Assembly: GCA_050084515.1 (NCBI GenBank)
Contig: CM114271.1
Location: 47,678,001 to 47,742,000, forward strand
Direction of reading: 5' to 3'
DNA: 64,000 bases
Origin: Blasia pusilla
Taxonomy: Eukaryota
Shown here: positions 53,864 to 64,000 of the stretch, piece after piece
Layout of the letters: each line of letters starts with the position of its first letter
How positions within the stretch are numbered: the stretch's first letter is position 1
Position numbers and translations under genes: made by a program
Notes under the pieces: generated by a model
Database searches by the model: none
The model's input: the letters and a program-made list of their open reading frames with translations, nothing else
Told to the model about the DNA's origin: nothing

Positions 53864-55309
53864 CTCTTGTTTGGACCGATCGTTGATTGTTCTTGTTTGC
53901 ACAAGTAGAGCTATAGATTGGAGAGAACACACGCTGGTTATTATGTGAGGGCTTCGTAATGTGCCAAGACAAATCCTCTTTTGGGTAAGAGAACAATCAT
54001 ATCTGACAATCGTTGGTGGGTGGTAGAGCTTTTAAGGATAGTCAGCAGATACAAAAATTTGGAAGCTACATTCTCACCGCGCGCGGCTCTCAAGTATGAA
54101 ATTCATGGGTTGTTTTTGTTGGAATTTATTAGATATCTTAATAGACATGTGCGTCTAAACTGCATTAACAAAAATCTCCCATACAAAAATAATCCCTCCT
54201 CAATAACAAAATCCCCCGTACTAATCCATGAAAGGATCTAGAGGGTAGAAATTGAGGGAGAGGTGGATGATTTGTATGGTGTCTTCTTTGTCTATTCGAA
54301 TACGATGTACACTTTTCGGGCATAAAAAATACACATAATTAGTTCAGATGGGCACTCTGTTCTCCATTTGAGAGAGGTCTGCAAGAAGAAATATGTATTG
54401 CCGTTTCCAAATTTTGCCGATGATCCACCTTAGATTTATGTTGGAGATGCCCTTGATAGTGTAGTGTTATGCCTTCTTAGAAGTAGGGGCACCTTCACTT
54501 TGTGTATAGTTGTTTTGAGTGTGGCTATCCTAGTCTTGTAAATTCTTAATTTTGAGCTATTCAGAGGGGGGTTTTCTAGATGCTAAGACATTCAAAAGTG
54601 GGTTTTTGTACTCACTAGTAGAGGAACCTTCCCTTTGACAACCAGTTTTGAGTGTGTCTATTTCCAAGTACTTGTAACTTTTGTACTCAAAAGTAGAAGA
54701 ACTTGATGTTTGTGTTTCAGTTTTGAGTGTGACAATTGAGATGTACTTGGATTTTCATGTCTCAATTTTGAGTTTATTAGAGGGGGAGTTCAGAAGTAGA
54801 TTTTGTGTTCTTCCATTGATGAGGGCAATTGAAATGAACTTGGGTCTGATTTTAATGTAAGTCTCCATTTTTCACAGAAAGTATCATTCACTATTTTGCA
54901 GGCATTCTTATGATGTAAGTAGATAGTCCATTTGAGGATGAATGGATACACTTTGTAGCTTAGGACTTATGGCCACACTTGAATCTAAGAAGTAGTGTGG
55001 GTTGGTACATGAGAAATGTGCTTGTATGTTTTCACACGATACTCATAGCATTAGGACTGTACTTAGAGCATAATGTCATCTCGATTGCATGGATGTAAGA
55101 GAAGAAGTGATAGGTGTAGGGAGGATAGGTAAGAAGGAGTGATTTATATGTAGGGGTTATTATGGAGACAAAATGGAGTTAAATGCCAATTTCAGGTACA
55201 TATTTATGTCAGCAATAAAGCAAGTCTATCATACATAATGACCCGCTATAATTGTTTGTGTTACTTTATTTGCATATTGTTTGTTAGTGAATAGGATTGT
55301 ACATGACAT

Positions 55310-55741
55310 GGACAAGTCATTTTAATGACTCACATACATTCTTTTGTGACGCATGAAGTCATTTTTTGTTACTCAGAGTAGTCATTCATAATCACTCTTA
55401 ATGACTCATCTAGTCATTCTTTATGATTCGTCTAGTAATTTTTTTGGGTCGTCCAGTTGCTCTTTATGACTACACGAGTCATTCTCTATGACTCATGTAG
55501 TCATTTTTTATAACTTCACCTAGTCATAAACAATGACTAGGTGAAGTCATATTTTGTGATTATGTTGAGTATAAAAAATGTGACTCACATATGACTACCC
55601 TTGGTTTTAGTAACAACTTATACGACTAGGAGTAATTTTTACTACCATAGTCTGGTTAAGTAATTACTTAGTCTTATAGGCCCGGTTTGAGTAACATCTA
55701 GTCATTTTTTAAAGTCATCCACAGTGGGTTTTGTACTAGTG
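55310..55741. repeat. CACTA right subterminal repeats and terminus
   Basis: ATGACT/AGTCAT motifs, hairpin ACTTCACCTAGTCAT-AAACA-ATGACTAGGTGAAGT (~55514-55548), end ...TTTTGTACTAGTG. Confidence 0.8.
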
Positions 55742-56690
55742 ATCTTCTCTTCTAGAGTTGCATCTCTAACTATTGGTTTTTTAGGATTGTCTCTTTCAAG
55801 TGTGTATCTTGTTTTAACCAAAGCCATATACCATTACCATTTTTACATTAGTCCAAGAAGAAACAACGATCTGGAAGGTTTTCCCAACCAAACCAAAATC
55901 GATTGCACAAGATTAGAAGTAATGCACATATATACTTAGTCAAATATAAGTCCAACCCAAGCAGTTGTGAAGGTGATACTTTTATTTTGAAAAAAATTGG
56001 AAGGATTAAGAGAAGATATAATGACGCATCTAGAGCTTCGATACTCAATAGCTTGGGGGGAAGAATCCAAAAATACTATGGTCAAGTCCCCTATTGTATG
56101 TAGAGTAGAGTTCATTAAAAAGAGAAACAAGAAAAATCAAGGGACCAACACAAAGAGCAACAACCTACGTTAAAATTACACAGTTGGTAATGCTAGAGAT
56201 ATACATCCTACTCATAAGCCTAGATTGAATGCACAATAATAGCACTAGAACCGAGAAGACTGTGCCTTACCTCATATGTCTTTGCATGAAAGTTGTACAA
56301 AATGAAGATGATCATCACTCTAGTTCCAAATTTCAATATAAAGGACGTCCTAAATCAGCTGCTTGGTGATGTGAAGGTAGTACAATACCTCAACATGATT
56401 GACACAACTCTTAGCAATCCCTCACATCAAATTAGACAACAACAACTCCCACATTGTTGGCTACTACTCTTGATTAGCTTGGTTGTAATACATGAGCAAA
56501 GTCAATAATAGGGTTGAAGACTTTGATAAGCTTTGAAGATTCTTCCAACGAGTCTTCCATTTTCTTTGAATAGGGTAATGATTATCATGATTATGAAAAT
56601 GATTCAGTCATAAATGATCTATAGGAGCGTATGGTGAAGGCCAAGATTAGGCTCCAAGAAACCAACTCTTGATTGTCATTTGCTCTAGAT

Positions 56691-57934
56691 CATGGTTGCA
56701 CAAAAAAGAACTTTTCCGTCCATAGAAGGGACTTTTCCAAACAACTCCAGACACATCCGCGGACATGCCATCCCGCACTACTCCCACACTCGATCTCGCA
56801 CCCGTTCTCGCACTATAGCCGCCATACCTACCGCAACCCCCGCTCGCATCAAGCCCACCCTAGCCCACGATCGGCCTACATATGGCCCGTTGTGATACCC
56901 ACAATTTTGTACTCTTGAAGAATATATCTTTTTATTCAACGAAGACTCTTGTACATTATGATTTTGATTATGATTATTTATTATTATGAGGAAGAATGAG
57001 TAAGATTAAAGTGAATCATGAAGCTCCTGGGACAAGGCAGAGAGATGGAAGATCAAGGATTTGCCTTAGAGAAAATGCAATAACGAAGTCTCAAGACTCA
57101 ACAAGAAGTTTCGGAAGCTCAACGAAGCTCAACGAAGCTCTGTCTACGAAGTGCTTCGCTCTATAACGAAGCATAACAAAGCAGGAAGAAAAGGAGAAAG
57201 AAGTACTTCGCTCTTGTACGAAGCGCCAAGCACGAAGCACCTGAAATAAGAACGAAGCATGAAGCGCTTCGTCCTCATGAAGTACAGCGAAGGGAAGCGA
57301 AGCTAAGAACTATTGTGATTTCAAGCGACGCTCGTTAGAACAGTTAGACTAGGAAGAGGCGCGACCCTTTGTATCAAATTGGTAGTTAGGATAGTTTTGT
57401 GCTGCGGATTCACAGGAATCGTAGGAAAAGCTAAGAGAGCCATAGATCTAGGTAGTTAGAAATAGTGAAGAGACACTAGCTTCATCAAGAACGCTTCAAA
57501 TCTTTGGATCACTCCTACTCTAAAGAGTATTTAAGAAACAAGATGGAAGCCATAATCATCATTCTCTTACGAAATCCTTATGCTGTAGGAATGGTCCGAG
57601 CAAGGGAGTAGTACCCTCTCGAGCTTGTATACACTTTGAAGCTTTTTCATTCTTGATGGAGTAGTAAAGCAATCATTCATTCATTCTGATGTGCGATGCT
57701 TATTATGTCGAGTATTCTTTTGGGGTCTGCAGAGTGAAGAGTGAATCAGACGAACCTTTCTCATCAGTGAAATAATCAACCTGAGTTGTAGGAAATCTGT
57801 TTGATAGAGAGTAGCCTGCCGAGACGGATTGAGTTCCGAAAGTAGGAACAATCCATGTTTGTGGACATGTCTGGACTTTTCCTTCCATGCCTGTCCGATC
57901 ATAGAACGGACTTGTTCATTTTTGTGCAACCATG
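56691..57934. mobile_element. hAT-family non-autonomous element related to the 52344 MITE, containing a truncated family B LTR
   Basis: TIRs CATGGTTGCACAAAAA and TTTTTGTGCAACCATG; flanks CTCTAGAT and ATCTACTT are only a 5/8 TSD match; right end resembles the reverse complement of 52344-52415. Confidence 0.75.
56891..57847. mobile_element. Truncated family B LTR
   Basis: Begins TGTGATACCCACAATTTTG like 10311; colinear until GAGTTCCGAAAGTAGGA, then lost. Confidence 0.92.
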
Positions 57935-59556
57935 ATCTACTTGAGTTGCATAACACATAAATCCCATGTTAGAGAAATCCTCCCCCGTATCTTAATAAGA
58001 TGTGGAGGTGCCATCCGAAGTAGATGCTCTAGCATCTGAATCTATCCTTGATTGTATCATGGTCATGGTAGCAATCCTGTGCTCTAACTAATCGATATGG
58101 GGAAGAAGCGTTGCCCTCGATGCAAGCGCTCCATTCCCTTTGGGAGGTGATGGACCTCTACCACCATGGCCAAATATTAAAATCGAAGTAAAACTGGCTC
58201 ACACGGCCAACTCCACTCTCGAATCTACACATAATATCAAACTACATCCACCCTCTGCCGTGAGGGCATCCAAACTCTAACACTCTACCTTCTACCAAGA
58301 GCTAAGGAGAGAAATGCTTCAAAGGCTCAACAAAACCTATTCTTCGCTAGTAGTTCTAAGTTGCATTTTTCACCCGTTAAACTCTTCTTCTCTTAGGGTG
58401 CTCATATAATATTCATGTAAGCCTTAGGTCAAGTATGGAATTCCAATAGTTTTGGCAATAGGTAGGTGGTTCTTCAATGTAGTAGATTAAACACATGCAA
58501 TTATAGATTCTAATTCTGGAATGATGTGACTTGCACAATCAGAATTTTGCATGAGTTTTGGATTTCTTGAATGATTGTCTACATAACACCAATACCTCAT
58601 AGTGCACAAAACTTATACCTACTGTTGCTTCAGAATTGCTTTTCCCTTGACAAATAGTGATATGGAAGCATATTTGTAACTTTGCGCATAGTCTTCCTTT
58701 GAAAGGCATTTAAGCTCAGCCATCTTGATATCTAATTATTTGAGATAGACTACCAACTTCCTCTCATCTAAGTACTTTCAGCCATCTGCTGTTAAGGACT
58801 TTCGGTCATCTTTTTCGCCCAAAAGTTTTGGGCGCAGAAAAATAGATGACCTTCTATGGTGGCCGGCACTATGCGCACATGGAATCAAACCCCTTTATAT
58901 TGTTTATTCTCGGTTCCATGGGTCATATCCCATGGAAACTAGAAGAAACAATATAGAGGGATTTTTTTACTAGGGTACATTTTGTTTCCATTATCCATTG
59001 GACGCAGAAATGGAGGTCGCGGCGACCTCTGCGCGTGTCCATGGATCGCGCTGCCCCAAGGCATGGGTTACCGGGCGCTTTCGGAGGACGGTACTATACG
59101 AGCCGAGGGAGTCCGCCATCGCTAAAGTAGATCAATCGACTTTCGGAGCCGCTTCTCCACGATGCGCTGAATCTCTCGTCCGCTCGTGTTCCTTGCGTCT
59201 GGGGAAGCCAATGCATTGGGGCAGGCGCCACCAGAGAAATTCTTATCAGATCCGCGCTAGTAACCTGTCCACGCTCTGGACCCCGAGGATTGATCGTGGA
59301 GAGCAGAAGTTCAGTTCATCTCTAGCCGTTTGCTCTGCACGCGATTAGAGTGGACGCAACGGGTGATTTCTTCGGGGGTGGAAGCACTCAGAAAAGCAGA
59401 CCTCGAGAGCGGTCTTTTTGGGTGGGTCGCTTTGGGAATTGATTGTGGCTCATGTGCACCGGTTGTTTGGAGCCTATATACATTGGATGCATAAATTGTC
59501 TATGAGATTTTAACATTCACGGGTGATGCGTATTGCGCATCGTGAAGCATATCACA

Positions 59557-62500
59557 ATGCGCACTGTGAGTTTGCTGTTTCGTCGCGGCTGGCAGCTGTC
59601 GTCGTCGATCCGACGGTTTGGGGCTCCTGCTCAGGGCATTATCAATGGGGGAGGATTACTGTCTCGAAGATTACATTCCTCTAAAGCCGGCGGAGAGTCC
59701 TCTAGATATCGCAGTTTCGTCACCAGAGCCTTACCGATTTGGGAGCGCAACGAATCTTACAGAGGGATTCTTCTTGCAGTCACTGCCAGGTTTTTCACTT
59801 TCTCTAATTCATCTCGCAAGTAGAGAATCGCTCGTCATATTGTTCATCTACGGCATTCAATGTTTTTCATTCTCTCATTTGTGCATAGTTTTCACGGTTG
59901 CTGAGGGGCTTCATTTAAGTAGTATTCGAGACATACGTGGTATCGCGCGGAATGCTCAGACTTTCTCGGCGGACTCACTTTTGAAGCTTTAATACTGAAT
60001 TTGAAGTATTCTTCATCATCTCTACTTAATTGATTCTGGGACATTGTCCAAAGCGGTCGATTTACTCTGTTTTATCAAACATTTTGACCTCCGTACGTTA
60101 AACGAACGGTCCTAAATGTCGGAAAACCTATCAGAGTTCAAGCTAGCTTTGCCAAGGGTTCGGCTTTCACAAACAACTTCGTTGTAAGACATTCATTCTA
60201 CCTCGATTATTGTGACTTGAATTCGTACTGATTGGCAGTCTTACAGACACCAATGAGACTCCTCAGCAAGTCCATGAGAATTGAAATTGCAGGTTTAACT
60301 GCACGACATGATGTACATCACGCTGCAGGGGGAAAGGGTGAGGTGATTGTGATATTGGAAAGGTTTTGCTCCAATAATTCAAATTTATTTTGATCCTTGC
60401 GAATCTTTCGTTTAGCGGTTCGTAGTGTGTAAAATGAAGCGCACTACGCACTTAGCAAAGTGTGACCTGGCCCGGAGAAAAACCCCCTCGGACTTTTACA
60501 TGGGATTTCATACAGATCGCATCTATTTACACTCTCTGTTCTTACAATTATTGAGAATTCGACTTAGGTTTAAAGGTTTCCTGATCTCAGAAATATCACT
60601 AAATCGGGCCTCACGAGATGATCACCATGAATACCTGTGTTAATAATGCGTGCCATATTAGCAAGCTGCAAGCGAGCCGTACCAAAGAACACGTTCTAAG
60701 GAACAAGCTTTAGCTCCAGATTGTTTGTCAGTTGCAATACTTCGGTTTTGCCACTGCTTGTTAATAGGCCTATGGTTTCAGTTGTTCGTGGATATGGTGC
60801 GGAAGAAACTTTCCTATCGCGGCTTGCAGACATGATAAGGAGAACGGCTGTGGTCAAATATCTAACAGTGTAAAGCGTCATTTGATTTGGCAGTGGATGC
60901 TTGGGTGGACTGCTTTTGATGGTTGCCGATGGAGGTGGCAATCCTTCGCACGCCCTTGCCGCCGCAGATACAACTCCCAAGAAGAAGCTAGTAGTGCTCG
61001 GGACAGGATGGGCTGGTATGAGCTTTTTGAAGGAGCTCAACGTAGACCTGTACGATGTACACATCATTTCACCCCGAAACTACTTCGTGTTTACCCCACT
61101 GCTACCGAGCGTTACAAATGGGACTGTGGAGGCGCGCAGCATAGCAGAGCCGGTTCGCCGAATGTTCAGAAATGTAATCCATCTTCATTACTGTAACATG
61201 AAGAGGTCTCACGTGATAATTATCCTGTTATTAGCCTTTTTCGTTTTCGTCCAATTAGACTAAATTTCCGCCATAATTTCCCCTTTGAGCGTCACAACTG
61301 TAGTTGATTTGTGACGTACCTCTTTTCATGATTATTCTACGCATTTCGTGGCAGCAAAGTTTCAGTGAAAGATCATTAGAATTTTTTTCGAGGTGTTTGC
61401 GGAAGGGAACGTATACACTTATTTACAGGTGATTCCTGTAATATTGTCTCGAACTGATCAAGCCTGTTAAAAAACATTGTGTGTTGAGACATGCCTAAAC
61501 ACAGAAACAAAAACAGGTGAAACTTTACGAATCGGAGTGCGTGGGAATTGATGCCGAAAACAAGAAAATTTTTTGTCGAGATACATCTGATGTCACTATA
61601 AAGGGAAAGGAGGACTTCGCTGTTGACTACGACTATTTGGTAATTGCAGTTGGGGCCGTCTCCAATACTTTTGGTACTTCCGGAGTCAATGATTACTGCC
61701 ACTTTCTCAAGGTGCGTTGATACATAGAAGATTGAAAAGTAATAGTAGAAACTCTTTGTTACTTTGAAGGTTCATGCTGATGGTTTTCCTCTCGAGAAAC
61801 CTTCAGAATTTCGATCCTTCGCTCCTTTTCAATCTTTCTAATTTAGAAACGAAAATTTTGCCTATTGGCTCCACTTACTTAAGATGGTTTTGGGTTCAGG
61901 AATTAGAGGATGCCGTGAAAATCCGGGAAAATGTCGTAGATTGCTTCGAGACGGCAAGCCTCCCTCACATTACAGACGAGGACAGAAAGCGCATGCTCAG
62001 TTTCGTAATCGTGGGAGGCGGTCCAACTGGGGTTGAATTCGCCGCAGAACTTTATGATCTTGTACACGAGGATTTATCAACACTGTACCCACAGCTCAAA
62101 CCTCACGTTAGTGTTACGCTGATCCAATCAGGAGACCACATTTTGAATTCGTAAGCGCTAACCTCAAACAAAAAGGAAATCGCTTTCTGTCCAATGAAGT
62201 CGATCTTTTTGTCGTTTTTTTTGGGAGTTCTATCAGAGTGTGTCGTATCAAATAGCATATTGCAGTGGTCTCCTTGGTTCGAAAATTCAGGGGGTGTGGA
62301 GTTTAGTGGTTTATGGTCCCGGCCAATGATTAAAATAATGGCGAATTGGTTTGTACAAGATTGGCATAGGAGAAGGACTTGAGAATAGTTTGGTGTGCCC
62401 AAACTGTGTGATCATATGCGAAGTAGAAAAGTTACCTACTCATCTTTAGGAGATTTTCCTTCGTCGAGTAGGAGAATAGGACTACGTGAAGTCTAGCCTT

Positions 62501-63848
62501 GCTCAAAAATCGTCTGGCCACTTGCAATTGAAGAATCCCCTTAAGATTGTCACTGGAAAGTCTCCAACACTGACTTCAGTTTTCTGCTCTCAGATTTGAC
62601 GAAAGAATCAGTGAGTATGCAGAGCAGAAATTCAGTCGAGATGGAGTGAAGGTAAAGGTGAATTGTCGTGTTATGAAGGTCAACGAGCAAGACGTGCTTG
62701 TAAAGGATAAGGCATCTGGGGAAGAAGTTCATGTCCCATTCGGAATGGCTGTCTGGTCAACTGGACTTGGAACTCGGCCTCTGGTTTCCAAATTTATGGA
62801 GAAGATTGGCCAGGCATGGTTGTCTTTCCTTTGATTAAAAACTCACCGTGATCTGTTCCAATTTGGTTTTTAATTACCTACTTGTGATGTGGAAGGAGGA
62901 CAAAGATTTCCACATTCCTGGACTTCTTCACATGCCACCCAATTGTAAATATTGATCAGGTTTACGGGAAAGCTCATCTGATCGACGAGATTGGATTTTG
63001 GGAGAATCATGTGCGCTTGTTCGTGACAAACCACCACACGAATTTTTTGTGAGATGTTAAATAACTCAGGTCGCTGTAGGAAATGTCGGCCGAACGTCAG
63101 CCCGAAGTTTGTTAATGAGGATGTATCTGCGTCCAGGAAACTCGCGCTCGAACTAGATCTCAGCTCTGCGAGACTTCCTTTAAATCGAAGAATTGTGGAC
63201 GAGTAGTTTACAGAGGAGAGACAAGCATTCAAGCTTGACGTTGTTGGGTATCGTAATTGGTGCAGGGCAACAGGAGAGTTCTTGCCACGGACGAATGGCT
63301 GCGTGTGAAAGGGTGCTCATACGTATGGGCAATTGGTGATTGTTCCACAATCGAGCAACGGAAAATTATGGTATGTTTGGTAGAAATACCGACTCCCAAA
63401 TAAGAAATAAGCAATGAGTCAAGTTTGCATTGGGATGAACCAACATGGTGATTCAGCTTAATCTTTGAAGTGGCAGCAGAGGGTAGTCAGGATGTTACGC
63501 GGTGCATGAGAGCTTCTCTGCTATCTGGAGTCCGTCTTCTTGTTTATGGTAAAACCTGTGTGAATGCAGGAAGATATAGGCCATCTGTTTGAGTTAGCTG
63601 ACATAGACAAGTCGGGAACGTTAAGCGTCGAAGAGTTCAAGAAGACGATGGAGCTGGTTCGCGAAAGGTATCCTCAGATCGACGTCTACATGAAGCGTCA
63701 CCAATTTAGACAGACGGTGGACCTAATGAAGCAGTCCGTGGAAGCTGGCGCTCATGGGGAGGCTGGAGTGCAGATGAGTCTCGATGAGTTTAAGAAGTCG
63801 CTTGGCCAAGTCGACTCCCAGATGAAATTATTTCCAGCTACTGCCCAG
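59557..63848 (+). CDS. NDB1: External mitochondrial type II NAD(P)H:ubiquinone oxidoreductase, NDB1-like, with EF-hand; 3' end beyond the window. Exons 59557-59789, 60894-61173, 61505-61711, 61900-62150, 62594-62813, 63266-63370, 63570-63848
   Basis: Arg/Ser-rich N-terminal presequence; 'KKKLVVLGTGWAG'; 'SPRNYFVFTPLLPSVTNGTVEARSI'; 'DYDYLVIAVGA'; 'VGGGPTGVEFAAEL'; 'LIQSGDHILN'; 'LATDEWLRV'; EF-hand 'DIDKSGTLSVEEF'; 'LFPATAQ'. Splice phases are mutually consistent. Confidence 0.93.
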
Positions 63849-64000
63849 GTGAGGAAACGTTTCTCATAAACATGGTAAGACCTTTTCTGAATATGGTCAC
63901 CGGTATCGCAATGGCTTCCGGGTGGTCTATCAGATGGCTTATATGTCTTCTTGTCGTGAAGTTACTAGAGGAAGTTCTCGAGTCAGTGTGTCTTTATCGG

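Overview
Eukaryotic plant nuclear DNA, probably from a non-seed land plant (inference). About 58 kb is a dense nest of transposons; the last 4.5 kb holds the 5' seven exons of an NDB1-like external mitochondrial type II NAD(P)H dehydrogenase (59557 to window end, + strand). A CACTA/En-Spm element starts at 6493 and most likely ends at 55741 (TSD ATC); its degraded transposase lies at 20043-23742 (-). Nested inside are: (i) a truncated Ty3/Gypsy-like LTR retrotransposon whose pol carries a C5-cytosine DNA methyltransferase domain directly after the aspartic protease (13470-13948; motifs I, III, IV 'GWPCQG', VI 'ILENV'); (ii) solo or partial LTRs of two families, several with perfect TSDs; (iii) a Copia element with an inverted interior (35770-40117); (iv) a LINE bracketed by (GA)n tracts; (v) a hAT MITE (a relative lies just outside); (vi) a ~9.5-kb Mutator-like element (41314-50820) with a divergently oriented ParB/Srx-motif gene (DGNHR) and roughly 30 copies of a ~27-bp palindrome (GCAACCCGTCGG-N3-CCGACGGGTTGC) in regularly spaced arrays confined to its non-coding parts. 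The two best candidates for new biology are the methyltransferase-bearing retrotransposon and the ParB-like gene plus palindrome arrays in the MULE. All calls were made by eye without database searches.
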